The position numbers and the translations under genes are program-made. The notes beneath the pieces are model-generated. The model had not been told where the DNA came from. It did no database searches and worked only from the letters and a program-made list of their open reading frames with translations. Below, piece after piece: positions 19,913 to 30,803 of a stretch of DNA of 48,490 nt. The DNA is from Collinsella sp. 60_9 (GTDB lineage Bacteria; Actinomycetota; Coriobacteriia; Coriobacteriales; Coriobacteriaceae), in the NCBI GenBank assembly GCA_001915225.1, contig MNQC01000103.1, positions 2,440 to 50,929 on the forward strand. Direction: 5' to 3'. Position 1 is the stretch's first letter. Each line of letters begins with the position of its first letter.

Positions 19913-22213
19913 TTACTCGGCAGCGGCCTTGAACTTGTTGTAGTTGATCAGGCAGCCAGCCTTGACGATGGCACGCTCCTCTGCCGTCATATCGGCAATG
20001 TAGAGCTCAATCTGCTCGACCGCACCATCGGCGCGCACCACGTAGGCGGCGATGCCCTTCAGGTCGCCATCGAGCGCGGCGCGGATACCCGGCACAAAGA
20101 CGTAGTCGCCCACCTCAAAGCTGGGCTCGGCCTCCATCTGGAAGGGCACCATGCCCCAGTTCATCACGTTGGAGCGATAGCGCTTGGTGGCGTACTCGTG
20201 GACGATGTTGGCCAGGCCGCCAATTACGCGCTGGCAGCTCGCGGCCTGCTCGCGGGCAGAACCGTCACCGGGCTTCTTGGCATAGAGCATGGAGCCGTAC
20301 TCAGTCGCCTTGGCATCGGCCGCGACACCCGCGCCGGTCAGCGCCTCAAACACGCTGGCAAGCTCGGCATCGAGTGCCGCCAGGTCGCCCGCTGCCTCGC
20401 CGGCAACGCGGCGCTTTTCCACCGCGTCGACCTCCTTGGAGCGGCCCACGTAGGCAGGGTCGCGACGGCTGAGCGTAAACTCGGCCAGACCCAGCGGGTT
20501 GGAGCGGAAGGAGCTCGTCTCGCCCGAGGGAATGAGCTCGTCGGTCGTAGTGACCGGGTCCATGATCTTGGAGCACACCTTGAGCAGGATGTCGTCGCCG
20601 AGAGGCTCCATCGCGGGCCACGGCTTGATGTTGGGGCCCTCGACCAGCTCGTCGGCCGGCTCAGCCTTGCCAAAGCCCCAGTACACGCGCTTCTTGTACG
20701 GCGCGTCGTCAAAGGTGTACTCGCAGGCCTCGTCCCAAGTCTCCTCGGGCAGGTCGGTCGCCGGCGTCAGGACGCCGCCGTTGGCAGCCGTCGCCGCAAT
20801 GGAGCGGGCGTCCATCAGGGCCACGGCGCTCAGCTGACCGTTGCCCGGCTTGGAACCCTCGCGATTGGGGAAGTTGCGCGTGGTGTGGCGGATCGAAAGG
20901 CCGTTGTTGGCAGGCGTGTCGCCGGCGCCGAAGCACGGGCCGCAGAATGCCGTGCGCACAATCGCGCCGGCCTCCATAAGGTCGTAGATGTAGCCGCGGC
21001 GTGTAAGCTCGAGTGCCACGGGCTGGCTCGTGGGATAGACCGACAGCGAGAACTCGCCGCAGCCGGTGTTAGCGCCCTTGAGCACGCGAGCAGCCTGGAC
21101 CACGGAGTCGTAGTTGCCGCCCGAGCAGCCGGCGATAACGCCCTGCTGCACGTGCAGCTTGCCGTCGACGATCTTGTCGAGCAGGCTAAAGTGCGTCTTG
21201 CCCTCGCCGATCTTGGCGGCCTCGAGCTCCACCTCATGCAGGATGTCCTCGAGGTTCTCGTTGAGCTCGTCGATCTCAAAGCCGTTAGAAGGATGGAACG
21301 GCAACGCGATCATGGGCTTGATACTCGACAGATCGACTTCGACGCAGGCGTCGTAGTAGGCAACATCGGCGGGCTTGAGCTCGCGGTAGTCCTCGCCGCG
21401 ACCGTGCATGGTCAAAAACGCGTGCGTGTCCTCGTCGGTGGCCCAGATGCTCGACAGGCAGGTGGTCTCGGTGGTCATGACGTCGACGCCGTTGCGGTAG
21501 TCGGTCGTCATGCTCGCGATACCGGGGCCCACGAACTCCATAACCTTGTTCTTAACGTAACCCTTGGCAAAGACGGCGCGGATGATGGCGAGCGCCACAT
21601 CGTGCGGGCCGACGCCGGGGCGCGGGGCGCCCGTGAGGTAGATGGCGACGACGCCGGGATAGGCAACGTCGTAGGTGTCGCGCAACAGCTGCTTGGCCAG
21701 CTCGCCGCCGCCCTCGCCCACGGCCATGGTACCCAGGGCGCCGTAGCGGGTGTGCGAGTCGGAGCCCAGAATCATCTTGCCGCAACCGGCAAAGTTCTCA
21801 CGCATAAAGGAATGGATGACAGCGATATGCGGCGGGACGAAGATGCCGCCGTACTTCTTGGCCGCGGAAAGGCCAAAGACGTGGTCATCCTCGTTGATGG
21901 TGCCGCCCACGGCGCACAGCGAGTTATGGCAGTTGGTAAGCACGTAGGGCAGTGGGAACTGCTCCATGCCCGAGGCGCGCGCCGTCTGGATGATGCCAAC
22001 GAAGGTGATGTCGTGGCTCGCCATGGCGTCGAAGCGAATCTTGAGCGCCTCGGGATTGCCGGACGTATTGTGTGCCTGGAGGATCGAATACGCGATGGTG
22101 CCGCGCTTAGCATCCTCGGGCGTCTGCGTAATACCGCGCTCGGCAGCCTCGGCCACAGGCACAACCTCGCTGCCGTTACGCAGGTAGATGCCGTCCTCGT
22201 ACAGCTTGACCAT
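19913..22213 (-). CDS. Aconitase-family hydratase (YbhJ-like)
   Basis: MVKLYEDG start; [72 protein letters not shown]. Confidence 0.9.
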   Translation of the reverse strand: MVKLYEDGIYLRNGSEVVPVAEAAERGITQTPEDAKRGTIAYSILQAHNTSGNPEALKIRFDAMASHDITFVGIIQTARASGMEQFPLPYVLTNCHNSLCAVGGTINEDDHVFGLSAAKKYGGIFVPPHIAVIHSFMRENFAGCGKMILGSDSHTRYGALGTMAVGEGGGELAKQLLRDTYDVAYPGVVAIYLTGAPRPGVGPHDVALAIIRAVFAKGYVKNKVMEFVGPGIASMTTDYRNGVDVMTTETTCLSSIWATDEDTHAFLTMHGRGEDYRELKPADVAYYDACVEVDLSSIKPMIALPFHPSNGFEIDELNENLEDILHEVELEAAKIGEGKTHFSLLDKIVDGKLHVQQGVIAGCSGGNYDSVVQAARVLKGANTGCGEFSLSVYPTSQPVALELTRRGYIYDLMEAGAIVRTAFCGPCFGAGDTPANNGLSIRHTTRNFPNREGSKPGNGQLSAVALMDARSIAATAANGGVLTPATDLPEETWDEACEYTFDDAPYKKRVYWGFGKAEPADELVEGPNIKPWPAMEPLGDDILLKVCSKIMDPVTTTDELIPSGETSSFRSNPLGLAEFTLSRRDPAYVGRSKEVDAVEKRRVAGEAAGDLAALDAELASVFEALTGAGVAADAKATEYGSMLYAKKPGDGSAREQAASCQRVIGGLANIVHEYATKRYRSNVMNWGMVPFQMEAEPSFEVGDYVFVPGIRAALDGDLKGIAAYVVRADGAVEQIELYIADMTAEERAIVKAGCLINYNKFKAAAE

Positions 22214-22384
22214 ACTGTCTCCCACTCTGCCCGAAAGGCTCGGGCGCATAGCATACATTCGTTCAATATCGTGCCATAGAACGGTTGCAAGTGGGTTACG
22301 AATCTGCACGTTCACTTTATTTCGGTAAAGTAAGGGACGACCCCGGTGCAGGACCGGCAGATTTGGTGCAAGAGTGTCCCTTCC

Positions 22385-22453
22385 GACTAGTCATTTAAGA
22401 ACGTCCCCAATGACTACCAGACTAGTCATTTAAGAACGTCCCCAATGACTACC
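22385..22453. repeat. Tandem duplication of a 35-bp REP-like unit
   Basis: GACTAGTCATTTAAGAACGTCCCCAATGACTACC twice (22385, 22420); internal IR TAGTCATT/AATGACTA; near-identical copy at 45860-45888. Confidence 0.88.
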
Positions 22454-22464
22454 CTACCGTATCC

Positions 22465-22643
22465 GGAGCAAGGCAACGCCGCAGGTAGAGGACGGACAGC
22501 GAGCGACGTCCAGGGCGAACAAGTTGGCATGAAAAAGGCGAGGCATTGACCTTCTGGTCATGCCTCGCCTTTTGAATGACAAATTGTCGCCCTGGGCGGC
22601 GCGCAGCGTCGGCCGGTTACGGCGTTTGGTAAAACGCCGTAAC
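22465..22643 (+). repeat. Dispersed structured repeat, copy B
   Basis: GCAGGTAGAGGACGGACAGCGAGCG...CAAGTTG-GCAT-GAAA...TGACCTTCTGGTC...TTGA-ATGA-CAAATTG...GCAGCGTC...GTTACGGCGTTTGGTAAAACGCCGTAAC. Confidence 0.88.
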
Positions 22644-23060
22644 CTAGAGATCCCCGCCTGCGCCCAAAAGTTTGCGCATGACCTGTTCGGGGTTGACTGA
22701 GCCGTCGCGCGGGGCCAGGGCGGTAATCTTCTTCTGCATCTTGTACTCGTGCAGTTCGTCCTCGAGCTGGCGCACGCGGGCACGGAGTTTTTCGTTCTCG
22801 CGCTCGCGCTCCTCGGCACGCTCCTTCATATCGAGGATGCGCACCACGCCGGCAAGGTTGATGCCTTCGTCGGTCAGCTGGTTGATGAGCTCCAGACGCT
22901 CGATATCGGCACGCGAATACAAACGCGTGTTGCCGCCCGAGCGCTGGGGGTTCACCAGGCCCTTGGACTCGTAGACGCGCAGAGTCTGCGGGTGCATGCC
23001 GGTCAACTCGGCCGCCACGCTGATCATGTACAGCGGTTTGTTCCTATTGTCCTCGGCCAT
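22644..23060 (-). CDS. hspR: Heat-shock repressor HspR (MerR family)
   Basis: PLYMISVAAELTGMHPQTLRVYE...RSGGNTRLYS...EGINLAGV; last gene of the dnaK operon. Confidence 0.93.
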   Translation of the reverse strand: MAEDNRNKPLYMISVAAELTGMHPQTLRVYESKGLVNPQRSGGNTRLYSRADIERLELINQLTDEGINLAGVVRILDMKERAEERERENEKLRARVRQLEDELHEYKMQKKITALAPRDGSVNPEQVMRKLLGAGGDL

Positions 23061-23132
23061 GCTACCTGACCCCTTTCCGTCTCGTTATCGTCCATCATAA
23101 GCCCGCAGACGCGGGCGTGCGCCACGACCGCC

Positions 23133-24080
23133 CTAGTACGTCGCCTTGTAACGGTTGACCTTCTCGCGATAGTCGCGCGTGTCGGTCTCGCGCAGCTTGG
23201 TCATGGCATCGCGCTCGTCATCAGACAGGTTCGTGGGAACCTGCACCTTGATCTCGACAAGCAGTGCACCGGTGCGCCCGCGATGCTTAACGTCGGGCGC
23301 ACCCATCTCCTTAAAGCGGAACTTCTTGCCCGTCTGGGTGCCAGCGGGCACCTTCAGACGAACCGTCGCGCCGCCGGGCGTCGGCACGTCCACCGTGCAG
23401 CCGAGCGCCGCCTCATAGACCGAGACCGGTACCTCCATGGTCACGTCGGCACCTTTACGCTTAAACAGCGGATGCTCCTCCACGTGCGTGGTCACGACCA
23501 GGTCGCCGCGCTCGCCGCCGGCAACGCCATACTCGCCGCGACGTTTGTAGCGCAGCTTGCCGCCGTCGACCGCGCCCGCGGGGACCGAGACCGTAATGGT
23601 CTGCTGCTCGCCTGTCGAGGGAATGCGATAGGTGACCTTGTGCGTCACGCCGCGGAACGCGTCCTCAGCCGTCACATCGACGGTCAGCGACAGGTCGCCG
23701 CCCTTGCGAGCGCGGCTGCGACCCGCGCCGGCACCGGCAAAGCCCGAGCCCCAATCGCTGCCCCAGGCGCCGTTGCCGCTAAAGATGCTGTCGAAGATGT
23801 CGCCCCAGCCGCTGGCACCCGCGCCGGCACCGTAGCCGCCGCCATACGCGCCGCCCGCGCCCGGCATGCCGCCAAACATGAGCATCTGGTCGTACTCTTT
23901 GCGCTTCTTCTCGTCCGAAAGCGTCTCGTAGGCCTCGCTGATCTCCTTGAACTTGGCCTCGTCACCGCCGGCATCGGGGTGATATTTTTGCGCGAGCTTG
24001 CGAAACGCGCTCTTGATCTCTTTGTCGGAGGCGCTCTTGGATACGCCCAGGATGTCATAGAAGGTTTTGCCTGCAGCCAT
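23133..24080 (-). CDS. dnaJ: DnaJ/CbpA-type co-chaperone (no zinc finger)
   Basis: J domain with KYHPD, G/F-rich linker, DnaJ C-terminal domain; no CXXCXGXG repeats. Confidence 0.9.
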   Translation of the reverse strand: MAAGKTFYDILGVSKSASDKEIKSAFRKLAQKYHPDAGGDEAKFKEISEAYETLSDEKKRKEYDQMLMFGGMPGAGGAYGGGYGAGAGASGWGDIFDSIFSGNGAWGSDWGSGFAGAGAGRSRARKGGDLSLTVDVTAEDAFRGVTHKVTYRIPSTGEQQTITVSVPAGAVDGGKLRYKRRGEYGVAGGERGDLVVTTHVEEHPLFKRKGADVTMEVPVSVYEAALGCTVDVPTPGGATVRLKVPAGTQTGKKFRFKEMGAPDVKHRGRTGALLVEIKVQVPTNLSDDERDAMTKLRETDTRDYREKVNRYKATY

Positions 24081-24152
24081 CGTAGCTCCTCTCCTGTTTC
24101 ATCCGTCGCCCAGCGGGCGGCGGTTCATGCTTTCATATGGCACTAGGCCAGA

Positions 24153-24182
24153 AAGGGCCCCGGGTGTTGCCCCGGGGCCCTT
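24153..24182 (-). terminator. Hairpin between grpE and dnaJ
   Basis: GGGCCCCGGG-TGTTG-CCCGGGGCCC stem with a short T-run on the minus strand. Confidence 0.6.
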
Positions 24183-24187
24183 CTCAA

Positions 24188-25030
24188 TTACTCCTCGGTG
24201 CTCTCGGCCGTATCGGCCGCAGCATCCTCGGGCGCCGCTTCGGGCTCCGGTGCGGGGCGCTTCTCGCCACCGTAGGTCACCGTCACCATCGCGGAACGCA
24301 GGATGCGGTCCGCCATGCGGTAGCCCTTCTGGTACACGTCGTTGACGGTCTCGTCGTACTGCGATGCGTCCTCGACGCGACCCACAGCCTGATGCTCGAG
24401 CGGATCAAACGCTTCGCCCTTGGGGTCGATGGGCTCAACGCCCTCATGCGCAAACACGTCGAGCAGCTTGGCATGCACCGCGTCGACGCCGTCGACGAAC
24501 TGCTTAAAGTCGTCGGCAAGCTCCTGACTGCGGGCGTGGTCGATCGCACGCTCGATATCGTCGACCACCGGCAGCAGCGCAGTGACGAGCTTCTCGGTCG
24601 CGCGCTCGCGCTCGGCGATACGCTCGTTGGCGGTGCGGCGACGGAAGTTCTCCCAGTCGGCCTGCAGACGGGCGGTGCGCTCGGTGGCGTCCTTTGCCTT
24701 GTCCTCGGCGGCCTTCTGAGCCTCTGCCGCAGCATCGAGCTCGTTGCGCACGTCGGCAAGCTCTTTCTGAGCCTGCTCGAACTTGAGCTTAAAGTCGTTG
24801 TCGGCGGCTTCCTCACCGGCGCGGATAGCGGCTTCCACCATCTCGTCCTCGGTCATCGTCGCCTCCTTGTTGGAATCCTCTACTTGGTTCTCGGCAGCCT
24901 CGGCGGCCGGGGCCTCGTTGGCCTCGGTAACGTCTGCGGCCTCTACGGGAATCTTCACGTCCTTCTCCTCAGAGTCAACGGGGGCGGCACCAACGGCGGC
25001 CGCCTCCGTGCGAGCTTTACGAGCGGACAT
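24188..25030 (-). CDS. grpE: Nucleotide exchange factor GrpE
   Basis: RLQADWENFRRR, LLPVVDDIERA, FDPLEHQAV, QKGYRMADRILRSAMVTV. Confidence 0.95.
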   Translation of the reverse strand: MSARKARTEAAAVGAAPVDSEEKDVKIPVEAADVTEANEAPAAEAAENQVEDSNKEATMTEDEMVEAAIRAGEEAADNDFKLKFEQAQKELADVRNELDAAAEAQKAAEDKAKDATERTARLQADWENFRRRTANERIAERERATEKLVTALLPVVDDIERAIDHARSQELADDFKQFVDGVDAVHAKLLDVFAHEGVEPIDPKGEAFDPLEHQAVGRVEDASQYDETVNDVYQKGYRMADRILRSAMVTVTYGGEKRPAPEPEAAPEDAAADTAESTEE

Positions 25031-25032
25031 GA

Positions 25033-26880
<1,848 letters not shown>

Positions 26881-26989
26881 TAGAAATTCCCTCTCTCTTG
26901 TGCGTTTGCACCGACTCGGCGGTCTGCCAAGCGGTGTTTCGGCTTGTCTTTCAGGATGTAGTGTATCCCCTTATGGGCCGGAATATACA

Positions 26990-27016
26990 AAATCTAAGTC
27001 AATTCATATAAGATTT
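26990..27016. promoter_or_regulatory. Putative HspR operator upstream of dnaK
   Basis: AAATCTAAGTC-AATTC-ATATAAGATTT; same arms as upstream of clpB. Confidence 0.7.
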
Positions 27017-27143
27017 CTTATTGCCAAGAGTTTAGGTTCGCAAATATGCAGGTAGACGCGCTGTTTGAGTTCTGGGCAGATCTATCGAGATCTATGTAGA
27101 GATGGCTGAGGTTTGCGTCCGGGGGTGCCTGGGGGCCGTCTTG

Positions 27144-27315
27144 CGGAAAGCTCATCCCGGTTTGATCGTGGATTCCGGGTCGCAGTTTCCGTCTGAAGGC
27201 TCAACCGGAAACCGTATCCCGTTTTGAGAGCTGATACCGGCTCGCATTTTCCGCTAGCGGGCCTAACCGGAAACTGCAACCCGTTTTTCGACAAAATAAT
27301 GGGATGCGGTTTCCG
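27144..27315. repeat. 172-bp three-hairpin element, copy 2
   Basis: 48-bp modules CGGAAA...TTTCCG starting at 27144, 27206, 27268. Confidence 0.85.
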
Positions 27316-27538
27316 CATGCGCGCTCAATAGCTCAATATTTCAAGTCACCTTTAGCTAACATTTGCGCAGCTCAACGGCCCCACCTGCGCGTTTTTTAGT
27401 AAACCTTGGCATACTCGGCGAACGGTATGAAGATGCCGGCCAGAGGGTATTGCAAACGGTCGCTCCCGTGGTATGTTTTTGCCCGAATCAAACCGGCGCG
27501 CATCGTCTGTAGCGTCGGTCAACAGAGAGGAAACTACC

Positions 27539-27724
27539 ATGGCTCATCCCGTAATTGATGCCGACGAGTGCATCGCTTGTGGCGTTTGCGTCGACTCCTG
27601 CCCCGCTGGCGTTCTGGAGCTCCAGGACGTCGCTACCGTCGCTGACGAGGACTCCTGCGTCGCCTGTGGCGCTTGCCAGGACGCTTGCCCCGCTGGCGCG
27701 ATCACCGAGATCGTCGAGGAGTAA
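27539..27724 (+). CDS. 2x[4Fe-4S] ferredoxin
   Basis: CIACGVCVDSCP and CVACGACQDACP; RBS GAGAGG. Confidence 0.95.
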   Translation: MAHPVIDADECIACGVCVDSCPAGVLELQDVATVADEDSCVACGACQDACPAGAITEIVEE

Positions 27725-27759
27725 CAACTCCCCCACTTGCACACTCAAAAGTACACCGT

Positions 27760-27809
27760 GCACAAAAAAGGAGGCCTCCGCATCGCCGCGGAGGCCTCCT
27801 TTTTTGTGC
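27760..27809. terminator. Bidirectional intrinsic terminator
   Basis: GCACAAAAAAGGAGGCCTCCGC and GCGGAGGCCTCCTTTTTTGTGC form a perfect stem. Confidence 0.9.
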
Positions 27810-27848
27810 GGATAACTAATTTGGCACCGCCGTTGGTTGAACTCGCGC

Positions 27849-27962
27849 CAGCGAAAACGCCCCATTTGAGGCAAGGTGGCCTGAAAGAGGAGGGAAGCGT
27901 ACTCTGGTACGCGACCGACGATTGAAGGCCAGATTGTCCAAATGGGGCGTTTGCAGCGTCGG
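27849..27962 (+). repeat. Dispersed structured repeat, copy C (core only)
   Basis: AAACGCCCCATTTG..GCAAGGTG-GCCT-GAAA...TTGA-AGGC-CAGATTGT.CAAATGGGGCGTTT-GCAGCGTC. Confidence 0.8.
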
Positions 27963-28508
27963 CTAAGAGAGATCGTCTTCGTAGGGCATCAGGTCTGCTA
28001 GGTAGCCTTTCTCCTTGAGCATGGCCTCGATCTCGTCGAGGGTCTGCTCGTCTTCCGCCGCGATGCGATGGAAGTGGTAGCCGCTCGTCACCGTTAGTAG
28101 TGGAAAGCTCTTGCCGCTCTCGATATCGCGCAGATAGCGCTCAACATCGCGACGATTGCGGATGTCCAGGTCGGCCGTGATCTTGCCGTACACACGATGG
28201 TTGACGATCACGTTGAGCACGGCGCCGCCCGCGTCGACGATACTCGTAAGCTCGTCGCCCGCCTGCTCCACGCTGTGGCGCACCTTAACAAGACGCGTGG
28301 GCACAGCGGGGCTGCTGGGGGCCTCCTGCAGCACGTAGCCGCGATTGGTCGCCACGATATCGTGCCCATCGGCGCGCAGCAGGGCGATGTCTTGCACGAC
28401 AATCTGGCGGCTCACACCCACCTCACGAGCAAGTGCGCTGCCGGAGACGGGGCCCTTGGCTCCCTCGAGCACGCCCATGATGGCACGGCGACGCTCGCGG
28501 GCGTCCAT
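27963..28508 (-). CDS. niaR: Niacin-responsive repressor NiaR (HTH_11 + 3H domain)
   Basis: PVSGSALAREVGVSRQIVVQDIALLRA, ATNRGY, HRVYG, GYHFH; in the nad operon. Confidence 0.9.
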   Translation of the reverse strand: MDARERRRAIMGVLEGAKGPVSGSALAREVGVSRQIVVQDIALLRADGHDIVATNRGYVLQEAPSSPAVPTRLVKVRHSVEQAGDELTSIVDAGGAVLNVIVNHRVYGKITADLDIRNRRDVERYLRDIESGKSFPLLTVTSGYHFHRIAAEDEQTLDEIEAMLKEKGYLADLMPYEDDLS

Positions 28509-29368
28509 TATTTACCGTCCAGCAGACGCAGGTGCTTAAGCGAGAGGTCGAGAATCGGCGCAGAGTGCGTCAGCGCCCCCGAGCTAATATAGTCGACACC
28601 CAGATCGGCGAGTGCACGGATATTGCTGGCGTCCACGTTGCCCGAACACTCGGTCTTGGCGCGACCGGCGATAAGCTCGATAGCGGCGGCCATGTCGTCA
28701 TGGGTCATGTTGTCGAACATGATGATGTCGGCGCCGGCCTCCACGGCCTCGCGCACCATGTCCAGGTTCTCGCACTCGATCTCGACCGTCGTGGTAAACG
28801 ATGCATGGGCGCGCGCCATCTCGATCGCACGCGTCACGCCACCGGCGGCATCGATGTGGTTGTCCTTGAGCATGACGGCCGTCGACAGGTTGTAACGGTG
28901 GTTGCTGCCGCCGCCGATCTCGACTGCCGCCTTTTCAAACACACGCATGCCCGGTGTGGTCTTGCGCGTGTCGACAAGCACGGTCTTAGTGCCCTCGAGC
29001 GCCGCGGCCATGCTGTGCGTGTAGGTAGCGATGCCGCTCATGCGCTGCAGGTAGTTGAGCGCCACGCGCTCGCCCGAAAGCAACACGCGCGCGTCGCCGC
29101 GCACCTGGCCCACGTGATCGCCGGCATGCACCTCGTCGCCATCCGAGACATCGAACAACACGGAGCTCTGCGGATCCAGCAGCTCAAAGGTGCGGGCGAA
29201 TACGTCCAGGCCGGCGATAATGCCGTCGGCCTTGGCGATAAGCTCCACCGTGGCGGGACGCGCCGTGGGGCACACGCTCGCCGTGCTCACGTCCTCAAAC
29301 GTAATGTCCTCGCGCAGAGCCTGCAGAATCAGATCATCGACGACGAGCTTCATGGTAATGGGATTCAT
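28508..29368 (-). CDS. nadC: Nicotinate-nucleotide pyrophosphorylase
   Basis: ERVALNYLQRMSGIAT, DTRKTTPG, NHRYNLS, MLKDNH, DYISSGALTHS. Confidence 0.96.
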   Translation of the reverse strand: MNPITMKLVVDDLILQALREDITFEDVSTASVCPTARPATVELIAKADGIIAGLDVFARTFELLDPQSSVLFDVSDGDEVHAGDHVGQVRGDARVLLSGERVALNYLQRMSGIATYTHSMAAALEGTKTVLVDTRKTTPGMRVFEKAAVEIGGGSNHRYNLSTAVMLKDNHIDAAGGVTRAIEMARAHASFTTTVEIECENLDMVREAVEAGADIIMFDNMTHDDMAAAIELIAGRAKTECSGNVDASNIRALADLGVDYISSGALTHSAPILDLSLKHLRLLDGK

Positions 29369-29371
29369 GGT

Positions 29372-30775
29372 CTACTCCTCCACGGCCTGCGTGCCGGCGG
29401 CACGGGCCAATTCATCGATTGCCAGGGTGTCGACGCTCAGGGCGCGATGACGGCCATCGAGCGCGGGATCGCCCGCCTGCTCCACGGCCAGCGACTCGCC
29501 GGTGCACATGTACCACGCGGCGCGACGACCCCAGACCAACGCCTCGAGCAGGCTGTTTGATGCAAGGCGGTTCTTGCCGTGCACGCCGTTGCAAGCCGTC
29601 TCGCCCGCGGCGTAGAGCTCGGGCATCGAGGTGCGGCCGTCCCTGTCTACCCACACGCCGCCCATAAAGTAGTGCTGCGTGGGCGTAACGGGAATGGGCT
29701 CGTCCAAGATGTCGCGACCGTCCTCAAGGCAGCGCGCGCGAATGTTGGCAAAATGCCCGGTCACCACGTCGCGCTCGACGGGGGCAAAGCTCAGCCACTC
29801 GTGCTCGGTGCCGTCCTGCTTCATCTGCTCGCGGATGGCGGCGGCGACCACATCGCGCGGCTGGAGCTCGTCGGTAAAGCGCTCGCCGGCGGCGTTGAGC
29901 AAAATCGCGCCCTCGCCGCGGCAGCTCTCGCTGATCAGGAAGGTGCGGCCCGGCTGTGGCGAGAACAGTCCCGTGGGGTGAATCTGCACGTAGTCCAGGT
30001 GCTCCATCTTAATGCCATGCTCCTGAGCAATGTAGCAGGCATCGCCCGTGAGCTGCGGGTAGTTGGTCGAATGGTCGTACACGCCGCCGATACCGCCCGT
30101 CGCCCACAGCGTGTGGCGGGCATGGATCTTAAACGGTTCGCCGGCATGCACGCCCTCGGCGGCATTTGTCAGCTCGTCGGCGGGACGAACCGAGTTGTCC
30201 TCGTCCACGGGAACGGCGACGACGCCGGTGCACACCGTAGCGCCGTCACGCTCGCCCGTTAGGATGTCGGTCATGGCCACGTGCTCCAAAATCTGCACGT
30301 TATCCAGCTTGCGAACGGCCTGGAGCAGCTTGGTCGTGATCTCCTTGCCCGTAATGTCGGCATGGAAGGCAATGCGCGGACGGCTGTGCGCGCCCTCGCG
30401 GGTAAAATTGAGGCTGCCGTCGGCCTTGCGCTCAAAATCCACGCCCATCGCTAGCAGGTCGTTGATGACCGAGCGGCTCGAGCGAATCATGATGTCGACG
30501 CTCTCGCGGCGGTTCTCGTAGTGGCCGGCGTGCATGGTGTCCTCAAAGAAGGCATCGTAGTCCGAGCCTTCGGGCAGCACGCAAATGCCGCCCTGCGCGA
30601 GCATCGAATCGCACTCATCAACCGCGCCCTTGGAGAGCATGATCACGCGCGTGCTCGTCGGCAGATTGAGGGCCGCGTACAGACCCGCTACGCCGCAGCC
30701 GGCAATGACGACGTCGCACTCCATATCGGGGTATTGCTTGGTTTCCACAGGAATCCTCTCCCTTGAATGTGACAT
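29372..30775 (-). CDS. nadB: L-aspartate oxidase
   Basis: GCGVAG, SMLAQGGI, REGAHS, QIHPT, LISESCRGEGA, HYFMGG, GVHGKNRLASNSLLE; alternative GTG start at 30748. Confidence 0.94.
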   Translation of the reverse strand: MSHSRERIPVETKQYPDMECDVVIAGCGVAGLYAALNLPTSTRVIMLSKGAVDECDSMLAQGGICVLPEGSDYDAFFEDTMHAGHYENRRESVDIMIRSSRSVINDLLAMGVDFERKADGSLNFTREGAHSRPRIAFHADITGKEITTKLLQAVRKLDNVQILEHVAMTDILTGERDGATVCTGVVAVPVDEDNSVRPADELTNAAEGVHAGEPFKIHARHTLWATGGIGGVYDHSTNYPQLTGDACYIAQEHGIKMEHLDYVQIHPTGLFSPQPGRTFLISESCRGEGAILLNAAGERFTDELQPRDVVAAAIREQMKQDGTEHEWLSFAPVERDVVTGHFANIRARCLEDGRDILDEPIPVTPTQHYFMGGVWVDRDGRTSMPELYAAGETACNGVHGKNRLASNSLLEALVWGRRAAWYMCTGESLAVEQAGDPALDGRHRALSVDTLAIDELARAAGTQAVEE

Positions 30776-30803
30776 AAGGGACCTTCCCTCATGCAACATT
30801 GTT

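Noticed and set aside
27389..27406. IS-like end (GTTTTTTAGTAAACCT)
   Set aside because: No partner inverted repeat or transposase was found.
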